Source: Eledone cirrhosa (lineage: Eukaryota). From it: a stretch of DNA of 64,000 nucleotides. Under the pieces are notes generated by a model. The model did not search any database and had not been told where the DNA came from. It worked only from the letters and a program-made list of their open reading frames with translations. Below are positions 1 through 14,800 of the stretch, in pieces. The stretch's first letter is position 1; each line of letters begins with the position of its first letter. The stretch covers positions 38,936,001 to 39,000,000 of the forward strand of contig OZ024750.1 of the NCBI GenBank assembly GCA_964016885.1, read 5' to 3'. Made by a program: the position numbers and the translations under genes.

Positions 1-3000
1 CCTCTACGGTGACAGTGCTTCTTGTTAACTATTACCTGGGTACCTCTACGGTGACAGTGGTTCTTGTTAACTATTACCTGGGTACCTCTACGGTGACAGT
101 GGTTCTTGTTAACTATTACCTGGGTACCTCTACGGTGACAGTGGTTCTTGTTAACTATTACCTGGGTACCTCTACGGTGACAGTGGTTCTTGTTAACTAT
201 TACCTCGGTACCTCTACGGTGACAGTGCTTCTTGTTAACTATTACCTGGGTACCTCTACGGTGACAGTGCTTCTTGTTAACTATTACCTGGGTACCTCTA
301 CGATGACAGTGCTTCATGTTAACTATTACCTAGGTACCTCTACGGTGACAGTGCTTCTTGTTAACTATTACCTGGGTACCTCTACGCTGACAGTACTTGT
401 TAACTATTACCTGGGTACCTCTACGGTGACAGTGCTTCTTGTTAACTATTACCTGGGTACTTCTACGGTGACTGCTTCTTGTTAACTATTACCTGGGTAC
501 CTCTACGGTGACAGTGCTTCTTGTTAACTATTACCTGGGTACCTCTACGGTGACAGTGCTTCTTGTTAACTATGACCTGGGTACCTCTACGGTGACAGTG
601 GTTCTTGTTAACTATTACCTGGGTACCTCTACGGTGACAGTGGTTCTTGTTAACTATTACCTGGGTAGCTCTACGATGACAGTGCTTCTTGTTAACTATT
701 ACCTGGGTACCTCTACGGTGACAATGGTTCTTATTAACTATTACCTGGGTACCTCTACGGTGACAGTGGTTCTTGTTAACTATTAACTGGGTACCTCTAC
801 GGTGACAGTGCTTCTTGTTAACTATTACCTGGGTACCTCTACGGTGACAGTGGTTCTTGTTAACTATTACCTGGGTACCTCTACGGTGACAGTGATTCTT
901 GTTAACTATTACCTGGGTACCTCTACGGTGACAGTGCTTCTTGTTAACTATTACCTGGGTACCTCTACGGTGACAGTGGTTCTTGTTAACTATTACCTGG
1001 GTACCTCTACGGTGACAGTGGTTCTTATTAACTATTACCTGGGTACCTCTACGGTGACAGTGGTTCTTGTTAACTATTACCTGGGTACCTCTACGATGAC
1101 AGTGGTTCTTGTTAACTATTACCTGGGTACCTCTGTGGTGAAAGTGGTTCTTGTTAACTATTACCTGGGTACCTCTACGGTGACAGTGCTTCTTGTTAAC
1201 TATTACCTGGGTACCTCTACGGTGACAGTGGTTCTTGTTAACTATTACCTGGGTACCTCTACGGTGACAGTGGTTCTTGTTAACTATTACCTGGGTACCT
1301 CTACGGTGACAGTGCTTCTTGTTAACTATTACCTGGGTACCTCTACGGTGACAGTGGTTCTTGTTAACTATTACCTGGGTACCTCTACGGTGACAGTGCT
1401 TCTTGTTAACTATTACCTGCGTACCTCTACGGTGACAGTGGTTCTTGTTAACTATTACCTGGGTACCTCTACGGTGACAGTGATTCTTATTAACTATTAC
1501 GTGGGTACCTCTACGGTGACAGTGGTTCTTGTTAACTATTACCTGGGTACCTCTACGGTGACAGTGGTTCTTGTTAACTATTACCTGGGTACCTCTACGG
1601 TGACAGTGGTTCTTGTTAACTATTACCTGGGTACCTCTACGATGACAGTGGTTCTTGTTAACTATTACCTGGGTACCTCTGCGGTGAAAGTGGTTCTTGT
1701 TAACTATTACCTGGGTACCTCTACGATGACAGTGGTTCTTGTTAACTATTACCTGGGTACCTCTACGGTGAAAGTGGTTCTTGTTAACTATTACCTGGGT
1801 ACCTCTACGGTGACAGTGCTTCTTGTTAACTATTACCTGGGTACCTCTACGGTGACAGTGGTTCTTGTTAACTATTACCTGGGTACCTCTACGGTGACAG
1901 TGCTTCTTGTTAACTATTACCTGGGTACCTCTACGGTGACAGTGGTTCTTGTTAACTATTACCTGGGTACCTCTACGGTGACAGTGCTTCTTGTTAACTA
2001 TTACCTGGGTACCTCTACGGTGACAGTGGTTCTTGTTAACTATTACCTGGGTACCTCTACGGTGACAGTGCTTCTTGTTAACTATTACCTGGGTACCTCT
2101 ACGGTGACAGTGGTTCTTGTTAACTATTACCTGGGTACCTCTACGGTGACAGTGCTTCTTGTTAACTATTACCTGGGTACCTCTACGGTGACAGTGCTTC
2201 TTGTTAACTATTACCTGGGTACCTCTACGGTGACAGTGGTTCTTGTTAACTATTACCTGGGTACCTCTACGGTGACAGTGGTTCTTGTTAACTATTACCT
2301 GGGTACCTCTACGGTGACAGTGGTTCTTGTTAACTATTACCTGGGTACCTCTACGGTGACAGTGGTTCTTGTTAACTATTACCTCGGTACCTCTACGGTG
2401 ACAGTGCTTCTTGTTAACTATTACCTGGGTACCTCTACGGTGACAGTGCTTCTTGTTAACTATTACCTGGGTACCTCTACGATGACAGTGCTTCATGTTA
2501 ACTATTACCTAGGTACCTCTACGGTGACAGTGCTTCTTGTTAACTATTACCTGGGTACCTCTACGCTGACAGTACTTGTTAACTATTACCTGGGTACCTC
2601 TACGGTGACAGTGCTTCTTGTTAACTATTACCTGGGTACTTCTACGGTGACTGCTTCTTGTTAACTATTACCTGGGTACCTCTACGGTGACAGTGCTTCT
2701 TGTTAACTATTACCTGGGTACCTCTACGGTGACAGTGCTTCTTGTTAACTATGACCTGGGTACCTCTACGGTGACAGTGGTTCTTGTTAACTATTACCTG
2801 GGTACCTCTACGGTGACAGTGGTTCTTGTTAACTATTACCTGGGTAGCTCTACGATGACAGTGCTTCTTGTTAACTATTACCTGGGTACCTCTACGGTGA
2901 CAATGGTTCTTATTAACTATTACCTGGGTACCTCTACGGTGACAGTGGTTCTTGTTAACTATTAACTGGGTACCTCTACGGTGACAGTGCTTCTTGTTAA

Positions 3001-3060
3001 CTATTACCTGGGTACCTCTACGGTGACAGTGGTTCTTGTTAACTATTACCTGGGTACCTC
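1..3060. repeat. Segmental duplication, 2179-bp offset (52 monomers minus 5 bp)
   Basis: Rare variants CCTCGG, CTTCATG, CCTAGG, a 39-bp monomer, a 40-bp monomer and TATTAACTG occur in the same order at ~200-790 and ~2380-2970. ORF pairs 508/2687 and 802/2981 differ by 2179. Exact identity is lost after ~880/3060. Confidence 0.9.
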
Positions 3061-5989
3061 TACGGTGACAGTGCTTCTTGTTAACTATTACCTGGGTACC
3101 TCTACGGTGACAGTGGTTCTTGTTAACTATTACCTGGGTACCTCTACGGTGACAGTGGTTCTTATTAACTATTACCTGGGTACCTCTACGGTGACAGTGC
3201 TTCTTGTTAACTATTACCTGGGTACCTCTACGATGACAGTGGTTCTTGTTAACTATTACCTGGGTACCTCTGCGGTGAAAGTGGTTCTTGTTAACTATTA
3301 CCTGGGTACCTCTACGGTGACAGTGCTTCTTGTTAACTATTACCTGGGTACCTCTACGGTGACAGTGGTTCTTGTTAACTATTACCTGGGTACCTCTACG
3401 GTGACAGTGGTTCTTGTTAACTATTACCTGGGTACGTCTACGGTGACAGTGCTTCTTGTTAACTATTACCTGGGTACCTCTACGGTGACAGTGGTTCTTG
3501 TTAACTATTACCTGGGTACCTCTACGGTGACAGTGCTTCTTGTTAACTATTACCTGGGTACCTATACGGTGACAGTGGTTCTTGTTAACTATTACCTGGG
3601 TACCTCTACGGTGACAGTGGTTCTTATTAACTATTACCTGGGTACCTCTACGGTGACAGTGCTTCTTGTTAACTATTACCTGGGTACCTCTACGGTGACA
3701 GTGGTTCTTGTTAACTATTACCTGGGTACCTCTACGGTGACAGTGGTTCTTGTTAACTATTACCTGGGTACCTCTACGATGACAGTGGTTCTTGTTAACT
3801 ATTACCTGGGTACCTCTGCGGTGAAAGTGGTTCTTGTTAACTATTACCTGGGTACCTCTACGATGACAGTGGTTCTTGTTAATTATTACCTGGGTACCTC
3901 TACGGTGAAAGTGGTTCTTGTTAACTATTACCTGGGTACCTCTACGGTGACAGTGCTTCTTGTTAACTATTACCTGGGTACCTCTACGGTGACAGTGGTT
4001 CTTGTTAACTATTACCTGGGTACCTCTACGATGACAGTGGTTCTTGTTAACTATTACCTGGGTACCTCTACGGTGACAGTGGTTCTTGTTAACTATTACC
4101 TGGGTACCTCTACGGTGACAGTGGTTCTTGTTAACTATTACCTGGGTACCTATACGGTGACAGTGGTTCTTGTTAACTATTACCTGGGTACCTCTACGGT
4201 GACAGTGGTTCTTATTAACTATTACCTGGGTACCTCTACGTGACAGTGCTTCTTGTTAACTATTACCTGGGTACCTCTACGGTGACAGTGCTTCTTGTTA
4301 ACTATTACCTGGGTACCTCTACGGTGACAGTGGTTCTTGTTAACTATTACCTGGGTACCTCTACGATGACAGTGGTTCTTGTTAACTATTACCTGGGTAC
4401 CTCTGCGGTGAAAGTGGTTCTTGTTAACTATTACCTGGGTACCTCTACGATGACAGTGGTTCTTATTAACTATTACCTGGGTACCTCTACGGTGAAAGTG
4501 GTTCTTGTTAACTATTACCTGGGTACCTCTACGGTGACAGTGCTTCTTGTTAACTATTACCTGGGTACCTCTACGGTGACAGTGGTTCTTGTTAACTATT
4601 ACCTGGGTACCTCTACGGTGACAGTGGTTCTTTTTAACTATTACCTGGGTACCTCTACGGTGACAGTGCTTCTTGTTAACTATTACCTGGGTACCTCTAC
4701 GGTGACAGTGGTTCTTGTTAACTATTACCTGGGTACCTCTACGGTGACAGTGTTTCTTGTTAACTATTACCTGGGTACCTCTACGGTGACAGTGGTTCTT
4801 GTTAACTATTACCTGGGTACCTCTACGGTGACAGTGGTTCTTATTAACTATTACCTGGGTACCTCTACGGTGACAGTGGTTCTTGTTAACTATTACCTGG
4901 GTACCTCTACGATGACAGTGGTTCTTGTTAACTATTACCTGTGTACCTCTGCGGTGAAAGTGGTTCTTGTTAACTATTACCTGGGTACCTCTACGGTGAC
5001 AGTGCTTCTTGTTAACTATTACCTGGGTACCTCTACGGTGACAGTGCTTCTTGTTAACTATTACCTGGGTACCTCTACGGTGACAGTGGTTCTTGTTAAC
5101 TATTACCTGGGTACCTCTACGGTGACAGTGGTTCTTGTTAACTATTACCTGGGTACCTCTACGGTGACAGTGCTTCTTGTTAACTATTACCTGGGTACCT
5201 ATACGGTGACAGTGGTTCTTGTTAACTATTACCTGGGTACCTCTACGGTGACAGTGGTTCTTATTAACTATTACCTGGGTACATCTACGGTGACAGTGCT
5301 TCTTGTTAACTATTACCTGGGAACCTCTACGGTGACAGTGGTTCTTGTTAACTATTACCTGGGTACCTCTACGGTGACAGTGGTTCTTGTTAACTATTAC
5401 CTGGGTACCTCTACGGTGACAGTGCTTCTTGTTAACTATTACCTGGGTACCTCTACGGTGACAGTGGTTCTTGTTAACTATTACCTGGGTACCTCTACGG
5501 TGACAGTGCTTCTTGTTAACTATTACCTGGGTACTTCTACGGTGACAGTGGTTCTTATTAACTATTACCTGGGTACCTCTACGGTGACAGTGCTTCTTGT
5601 TAACTATTACCTGGGAACCTCTACGGTGACAGTGGTTCTTGTTAACTATTACCTGGGTACCTCTACGGTGACAGTGGTTCTTGTTAACTATTACCTGGGT
5701 ACCTCTACGATGACAGTGGTTCTTGTTAACTATTACCTGGGTACCTCTACGGTGACAGTGCTTCTTGTTAACTATTACCTGGGTACCTCTACGGTGACAG
5801 TGGTTCTTGTTAACTATTACCTGGGTACCTCTACGGTGACAGTGCTTCTTGTTAACTATTACCTGGGTACCTCTACGGTGACAGTGGTTCTTGTTAACTA
5901 TTACCTGGGTACCTCTACGGTGACAGTGGTTCTTATTAACTATTACCTGGGTACCTCTACGGTGACAGTGCTTCTTGTTAACTATTACC

Positions 5990-8900
5990 TGGGTACCTCT
6001 ACGGTGACAGTGGTTCTTGTTAACTATTACGTGGGTACCTCTACGGTGACAGTGGTTCTTGTTAACTATTACCTGGGTAGCTCTACGATGACAGTGCTTC
6101 TTGTTAACTATTACCTGGGTACCTCTACGGTGACAGTGGTTCTTGTTAACTATTACCTGGGTACCTCTACGGTGACAGTGGTTCTTGTTAACTATTACCT
6201 GGGTACCTCTACGATGACAGTGGTTCTTAACTATTACCTGGGTACCTCTGCGGTGAAAGTGGTTCTTGTTAACTATTACCTGGGTACCTCTACGATGACA
6301 GTGGTTCTTGTTAACTATTACCTGGGTACCTCTACGGTGAAAGTGGTTCTTGTTAACTATTACCTGGGTACCTCTACGGTGACAGTGCTTCTTGTTAACT
6401 ATTACCTGGGTACCTCTACGGTGACAGTGGTTCTTGTTAACTATTACCTGGGTACCTCTACGGTGACAGTGCTTCTTGTTAACTATTACCTGGGTACCTC
6501 TACGGTGACAGTGGTTCTTGTTAACTATTACCTGGGTACCTCTACGGTGACAGTGGTTCTTGTTAACTATTACCTGGGTACCTCTACGGTGACAGTGCTT
6601 CTTGTTAACTATTACCTGGGTACCTCTACGGTGAGAGTGGTTCTTGTTAACTATTACCTGGGTGCCTCTACGGTGACAGTGGTTCTTGTTAACTATTACC
6701 TGGGTACCTCTACGGTGACAGTGCTTCTTGTTAACTATTACCTGGGTACCTCTACGGTGACAGTGGTTCTTGTTAACTATTACCTGGGTACCTCTACGGT
6801 GACAGTGGTTCTTGTTAACTATTACCTGGGTGCCTCTACGGTGACAGTGGTTCTTGTTAACTATTACCTGGGTACCTCTACGGTGACAGTGCTTCTTGTT
6901 AACTATTACCTGGGTACCTCTACGGTGACAGTGGTTCTTGTTAACTATTACCTGGGTACCTCTACGGTGACAGTGCTTCTTGTTAACTATTACCTGGGTA
7001 CCTCTACGGTGACATTGGTTCTTGTTAACTATTACCTGGGTACCTCTACGGTGACAGTGGTTCTTATTAACTATTACCTGGGTACCTCTACGGTGACAGT
7101 GGTTCTTGTTAACTATTACCTGGGTACCTCTACCATGACAGTGGTTCTTGTTAACTATTACCTGGGTACCTCTGCGGTGAAAGTGGTTCTTGTTAACTAT
7201 TACCTGGGTACCTCTACGGTGACAGTGCTTCTTGTTAACTATTACCTGGGTACCTCTACGGTGACAGTGCTTCTTGTTAACTATTACCTGGGTACCTCTA
7301 CGGTGACAGTGGTTCTTGTTAACTATTAACTGGGTACCTCTACGGTGACAGTGGTTCTTGTTAACTATTACCTGGGTACCTCTACGGTGACAGTGCTTCT
7401 TGTTAACTATTACTTGGGTACCTATACGGTGACAGTGGTTCTTGTTAACTATTACCTGGGTACCTCTACGGTGACAGTGGTTCTTATTAACTATTACCTG
7501 GGTACCTCTACGGTGACAGTGCTTCTTGTTAACTATTACCTGGGTACCTCTACGGTGACAGTGGTTCTTGTTAACTATTACCTGGGTACCTCTACGGTGA
7601 CAGTGGTTCTTGTTAACTATTACCTGGGTACCTCTACGATGACAGTGGTTCTTGTTAACTATTACCTGGGTACCTCTACGGTGACAGTGCTTCTTGTTAA
7701 CTATTACCTGGGTACCTCTACGGTGACAGTGGTTCTTGTTAACTATTACCTGGGTACCTCTACGGTGACAGTGGTTCTTATTAACTATTACCTGGGTACC
7801 TCTACGGTGACAGTGCTTCTTGTTAACTATTACCTGGGTACCTCTACGGTGACAGTGGTTCTTGTTAACTATTACGTGGGTACCTCTACGGTGACAGTGG
7901 TTCTTGTTAACTATTACCTGGGTAGCTCTACGATGACAGTGCTTCTTGTTAACTATTACCTGGGTACCTCTACGGTGACCGTGGTTCTTGTTAACTATTA
8001 CCTGGGTACCTCTACGGTGACAGTGGTTCTTGTTAACTATTACCTGGGTACCTCTACGATGACAGTGGTTCTTAACTATTACCTGGGTACCTCTGCGGTG
8101 AAAGTGGTTCTTGTTAACTATTACCTGGGTACCTCTACGATGACAGTGGTTCTTGTTAACTATTACCTGGGTACCTCTACGGTGAAAGTGGTTCTTGTTA
8201 ACTATTACCTGGGTACCTCTACGGTGACAGTGCTTCTTGTTAACTATTACCTGGGTACCTCTACGGTGACAGTGGTTCTTGTTAACTATTACCTGGGTAC
8301 CTCTACGGTGACAGTGGTTCTTGTTAACTATTACCTGGGTACCTCTACGGTGACAGTGGTTCTTGTTAACTATTACCTGGGTACCTCTACGGTGACAGTG
8401 GTTCTTGTTAACTATTACCTGGGTACCTATACGGTGACAGTGGTTCTTGTTAACTATTACCTGGGTACCTCTACGGTGACAGTGGTTCTTATTAACTATT
8501 ACCTGGGTACCCCTACGGTGACAGTGCTTCTTGTTAACTATTACCTGGGTACCTCTACGGTGACAGTGGTTCTTGTTAACTATTACCTGGGTACCTCTAC
8601 GGTGACAGTGGTTCTTGTTAACTATTACCTGGGTACCTCTACGATGACAGTGGTTCTTGTTAACTATTACCTGGGTACCTCTGCGGTGAAAGTGGTTCTT
8701 GTTAACTATTACCTGGGTACCTCTATGATGACAGTGGTTCTTGTTAACTATTACCTGGGTACCTCTACGGTGAAAGTGGTTCTAGTTAACTATTACCTGG
8801 GTACCTCTACGGTGACAGTGCTTCTTGTTAACTATTACCTGGGTACCTCTACGGTGACATTGGTTCTTGTTAACTATTACCTGGGTACCTCTACGGTGAC

Positions 8901-10450
8901 AGTGGTTCTTATTAACTATTACCTGGGTACCTCTACGGTGACAGTGGTTCTTGTTAACTATTACCTGGGTACCTCTACGTTGACAGTGGTTCTTGTTAAC
9001 TATTACCTGGGTACCTCTGCGGTGAAAGTGGTTCTTGTTAACTATTACCTGGGTACCTCTACGGTGACAGTGCTTCTTGTTAACTATTACCTGGGTACCT
9101 CTACGGTGACAGTGCTTCTTGTTAACTATTACCTGGGTACCTCTACGGTGACAGTGCTTCTTGTTAACTATTACCTGGGTACCTCTACGGTGACAGTGGT
9201 TCTTGTTAACTATTAACTGGGTACCTCTACGGTGACAGTGGTTCTTGTTAACTATTACCTGGGTACCTCTACGGTGACAGTGCTTCTTGTTAACTATTAC
9301 TTGGGTACCTATACGGTGACAGTGGTTCTTGTTAACTATTACCTGGGTACCTCTACGGTGACAGTGGTTCTTATTAACTATTACCTGGGTACCTCTACGG
9401 TGACAGTGCTTCTTGTTAACTATTACCTGGGTACCTCTACGGTGACAGTGGTTCTTGTTAACTATTACCTGGGTACCTCTACGGTGACAGTGGTTCTTGT
9501 TAACTATTACCTGGGTACCTCTACGGTGACAGTGGTTCTTGTTAACTATTACGTGGGTACCTCTACGGTGACAGTGGTTCTTGTTAACTATTACCTGGGT
9601 AGCTCTACGATGACAGTGCTTCTTGTTAACTATTACCTGGGTACCTCTACGGTGACCGTGGTTCTTGTTAACTATTACCTGGGTACCTCTACGGTGACAG
9701 TGGTTCTTGTTAACTATTACCTGGGTACCTCTACGATGACAGTGGTTCTTGTTAACTATTACCTGGGTACCTCTACGGTGAAAGTGGTTCTTGTTAACTA
9801 TTACCTGGGTACCTCTACGGTGACAGTGCTTCTTGTTAACTATTACCTGGGTACCTCTACGGTGACAGTGGTTCTTGTTAACTATTACCTGGGTACCTCT
9901 ACGGTGACAGTGGTTCTTGTTAACTATTACCTGGGTACCTCTACGGTGACAGTGGTTCTTGTTAACTATTACCTGGGTACCTCTACGGTGACAGTGGTTC
10001 TTGTTAACTATTACCTGGGTACCTATACGGTGACAGTGGTTCTTGTTAACTATTACCTGGGTACCTCTACGGTGACAGTGGTTCTTATTAACTATTACCT
10101 GGGTACCTCTACGGTGACAGTGCTTCTTGTTAACTATTACCTGGGTACCTCTACGGTGACAGTGGTTCTTGTTAACTATTACCTGGGTACCTCTACGGTG
10201 ACAGTGGTTCTTGTTAACTATTACCTGGGTACCTCTACGATGACAGTGGTTCTTGTTAACTATTACCTGGGTACCTCTGCGGTGAAAGTGGTTCTTGTTA
10301 ACTATTACCTGGGTACCTCTACGATGACAGTGGTTCTTGTTAACTATTACCTGGGTACCTCTACGGTGAAAGTGGTTCTAGTTAACTATTACCTGGGTAC
10401 CTCTACGGTGACAGTGCTTCTTGTTAACTATTACCTGGGTACCTCTACGG
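5990..10450. repeat. Imperfect tandem duplication with ~1.85-1.89 kb period
   Basis: 39-bp GTTCTTAAC monomer at ~6226 and ~8071 (offset 1845). TAA variant ending at 7329 and 9216 (offset 1887), each followed by TACTTGGGTACCTATAC. GACATTGG, GTGACCGTG and GTTCTAGTT each occur twice in this interval. Confidence 0.8.
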
Positions 10451-11859
10451 TGACAGTGGTTCTTGTTAACTATTACCTGGGTGCCTCTACGGTGACAGTG
10501 GTTCTTGTTAACTATTACCTGGGTACCTCTACGGTGACAGTGCTTCTTGTTAACTATTACCTGGGTACCTCTACGGTGACAGTGGTTCTTGTTAACTATT
10601 ACCTGGGTACCTCTACGGTGACAGTGCTTCTTGTTAACTATTACCTGGGTACCTCTACTGTGACAGTGGTTCTTGTTAACTATTACCTGGGTACCTCTAC
10701 GGTGACAGTGGTTCTTATTAACTATTACCTGGGTACCTCTACGGTGACAGTGGTTCTTGTTAACTATTACCTGGGTACCTCTACGATGACAGTGGTTCTT
10801 GTTAACTATTACCTGGGTACCTCTGCGGTGAAAGTGGTTCTTGTTAACTATTACCTGGGTACCTCTACGGTGACAGTGCTTCTTGTTAACTATTACCTGG
10901 GTACCTCTACGGTGACAGTGCTTCTTGTTAACTATTACCTGGGTACCTCTACGGTGACAGTGGTTCTTGTTAACTATTACCTGGGTACCTCTACGGTGAC
11001 AGTGGTTCTTGTTAACTATTACCTGGGTACCTCTACGGTGACAGTGCTTCTTGTTAACTATTACCTGGGTACCTATACGGTGACAGTGGTTCTTGTTAAC
11101 TATTACCTGGGTACCTCTACGGTGACAGTGGTTCTTATTAACTATTACCTGGGTACCTCTACGGTGACAGTGCTTCTTGTTAACTATTACCTGGGTACCT
11201 CTACGGTGACAGTGGTTCTTGTTAACTATTACCTGGGTACCTCTACGGTGACAGTGGTTCTTGTTAACTATTACCTGGGTACCTCTACGATGACAGTGGT
11301 TCTTGTTAACTATTACCTGGGTACCTCTGCGGTGAAAGTGGTTCTTGTTAACTATTACCTGGGTACCTCTACGGTGACAGTGCTTCTTGTTAACTATTAC
11401 CTGGGTACCTCTACGGTGACAGTGGTTCTTGTTAACTATTACCTGGGTACCTCTACGGTGACAGTGGTTCTTGTTAACTATTACCTGGGTACCTCTACGG
11501 TGACAGTGCTTCTTGTTAACTATTACCTGGGTACCTCTACGGTGACAGTGGTTCTTGTTAACTATTACCTGGGTACCTCTACGGTGACAGTGCTTCTTGT
11601 TAACTATTACCTGGGTACCTCTACGGTGACAGTGGTTCTTGTTAACTATTACCTGGGTACCTCTACGGTGACAGTGGTTCTTATTAACTATTACCTGGGT
11701 ACCTCTACGGTGACAGTGCTTCTTGTTAACTATTACCTGGGTACCTCTACGGTGACAGTGGTTCTTGTTAACTATTACGTGGGTACCTCTACGGTGACAG
11801 TGGTTCTTGTTAACTATTACCTGGGTAGCTCTACGATGACAGTGCTTCTTGTTAACTAT

Positions 11860-14800
11860 TACCTGGGTACCTCTACGGTAACAGTGCTTCTTGTTAACTA
11901 TTACCTGGGTACCTCTACGGTGACAGTGGTTCTTGTTAACTATTACCTGGGTACCTCTACGGTGACAATGGTTCTTATTAACTATTACCTGGGTACCTCT
12001 ACGGTGACAGTGGTTCTTGTTAACTATTACCTGGGTACCTCTACGATGACAGTGGTTCTTGTTAACTATTAACTGGGTACCTCTAAGGTGAAAGTGGTTC
12101 TTGTTAACTATTACCTGGGTACCTCTACGGTGACAGTGCTTCTTGTTAACTATTACCTGGGTACCTCTACGGTGACAGTGCTTCTTGTTAACTATTACCT
12201 GGGTACCTCTACGGTGACAGTGGTTCTTGTTAACTATTACCTGGGTACCTCTACGGTGACAGTGCTTCTTGTTAACTATTACCCGGGTACCTCTACGGTG
12301 ACAGTGCTTCTTGTTAACTATTACCTGGGTACCTCTACGGTGACAGTGGTTCTTGTTAACTATTACCTGGGTACCTCTACGGTGACAGTGCTTCTTGTTA
12401 ACTATTACCTGGGTACCTCTACGGTGACAGTGGTTCTTGTTAACTATTACCTGGGTACCTCTACGGTGACAGTGGTTCTTATTAACTATTACCTGGGTAC
12501 CTCTACGGTGACAGTGGTTCTTGTTAACTATTACCTGGGTACCTCTACGATGACAGTGGTTCTTGTTAACTATTACCTGGGTACCTCTGCGGTGAAAGTG
12601 GTTCTTGTTAACTATTACCTGGGTACCTCTACGGTGACAGTGCTTCTTGTTAACTATTACCTGGATACCTCTACGGTGACGGTGGTTCTTGTTAACTATT
12701 TCCTGGGTACCTCTACGGTGACAGTGGTTCTTGTTAACTATTACCTGGGTACCTCTACGGTGACAGTGCTTCTTGTTAACTATTACCTGGGTACCTCTAC
12801 GGTGACAGTGGTTCTTGTTAACTATTACCTGGGTACCTCTACGGTGACAGTGCTTCTTGTTAACTATTACCTGGGTACCTATACGGTGACAGTGGTTCTT
12901 GTTAACTATTACCTGGGTACCTCTACGGTGACAGTGGTTCTTATTAACTATTACCTGGGTACCTCTACGGTGACAGTGGTTCTTGTTAACTATTACCTGG
13001 GTACCTCTACGGTGACAGTGGTTCTTGTTAACTATTACCTGGGTACCTCTACGGTGACAGTGGTTCTTGTTAACTATTACCTGGGTACCTCTACGATGAC
13101 AGTGGTTCTTGTTAACTATTACCTGGGTACCTCTGCGGTGAAAGTGGTTCTTGTTAACTATTACCTGGGTACCTCTACGATGACAGTGGTTCTTGTTAAC
13201 TATTACCTGGGTACCTCTGCGGTGAAAGTGGTTCTTGTTAACTATTACCTGGGTACCTCTACGGTGACAGTGCTTCTTGTTAACTATTACCTGGGTACCT
13301 CTACGGTGACAGTGCTTCTTGTTAACTATTACCTGGGTACCTCTACGGTGACAGTGGTTCTTGTTAACTATTAGCTGGGTACCTCTACGGTGACAGTGGT
13401 TCTTGTTAACTATTACCTGGGTACCTCTACGGTGACAGTGCTTCTTGTTAACTATTACCTGGGTACCTATACGGTGACAGTGGTTCTTGTTAACTATTAC
13501 CTGGGTACCTCTACGGTGACAGTGGTTCTTATTAACTATTACCTGGGTACCTCTACGGTGACAGTGCTTCTTGTTAACTATTACCTGGGTACCTCTACGG
13601 TGACAGTGGTTCTTGTTAACTATTACCTGGGTACCTCTACGGTGACAGTGGTTCTTGTTAACTATTACCTGGGTACCTCTACGATGACAGTGGTTCTTCT
13701 TAACTATTACCTGGGTACCTCTGCGGTGAAAGTGGTTCTTGTTAACTATTACCTGGGTACCTCTACGGTGACAGTGCTTCTTGTTAACTATTACCTGGGT
13801 ACCTCTACGGTGACAGTGGCTCTTGTTAACTATTACCTGGGTACCTCTACGGTGACAGTGGTTCTTGTTAACTATTACCTGAGTACCTCTACGGTGACAG
13901 TGCTTCTTGTTAACTATTACCTGGGTACCTCTACGGTGACAGTGGTTCTTGTTAACTATTACCTGGGTACCTCTACGGTGACAGTGCTTCTTGTTAACTA
14001 TTACCTGGGTACCTCTACGGTGACAGTGGTTCTTGTTAACTATTACGTGGGTACCTCTACGGTGACAGTGGTTCTTGTTAACTATTACCTGGGTAGCTCT
14101 ACGATGACAGTGCTTCTTGTTAACTATTACCTGGGTACCTCTACGGTAACAGTGCTTCTTGTTAACTATTACCTGGGTACCTCTACGGTGACAGTGGTTC
14201 TTGTTAACTATTACCTGGGTACCTCTACGGTGACAATGGTTCTTATTAACTATTACCTGGGTACCTCTACGGTGACAGTGGTTCTTGTTAACTATTACCT
14301 GGGTACCTCTACGGTGACAGTGGTTCTTGTTAACTATTACCTGGGTACCTCTACGATGACAGTGGTTCTTGTTAACTATTACCTGGGTACCTCTGCGGTG
14401 AAAGTGGTTCTTGTTAACTATTACCTGGGTACCTCTACGGTGACAGTGCTTCTTGTTAACTATTACCTGGGTACCTCTACGGTAACAGTGCTTCTTGTTA
14501 ACTATTACCTGGGTACCTCTACGGTGACAGTGGTTCTTGTTAACTATTACCTGGGTACCTCTACGGTGACAATGGTTCTTATTAACTATTACCTGGGTAC
14601 CTCTACGGTGACAGTGGTTCTTGTTAACTATTACCTGGGTACCTCTACGATGACAGTGGTTCTTGTTAACTATTACCTGGGTACCTCTAAGGTGAAAGTG
14701 GTTCTTGTTAACTATTACCTGGGTACCTCTACGGTGACAGTGCTTCTTGTTAACTATTACCTGGGTACCTCTACGGTGACAGTGCTTCTTGTTAACTATT

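Noticed and set aside
29-40. Minus-strand CAG|GTAAT splice-donor or recursive-splice-like motif in every monomer
   Set aside because: There is no polypyrimidine tract upstream on that strand and no evidence of a host gene or transcription in the window.
24-55. Resemblance of TAACTAT(T/G)AC...CTCTA(C/A)GGT to the LSU rRNA segment targeted by I-CeuI, I-PpoI and R2 elements
   Set aside because: The match needs a gap of about 7 bp plus minority variants, covers two short words only, and no other rRNA sequence is present. Chance is sufficient.
4233-4273. Single 41-bp monomer (TCTACGTGAC)
   Set aside because: A singleton 1-bp loss in a GG dinucleotide, not seen in related blocks. Cannot be distinguished from a sequencing error.
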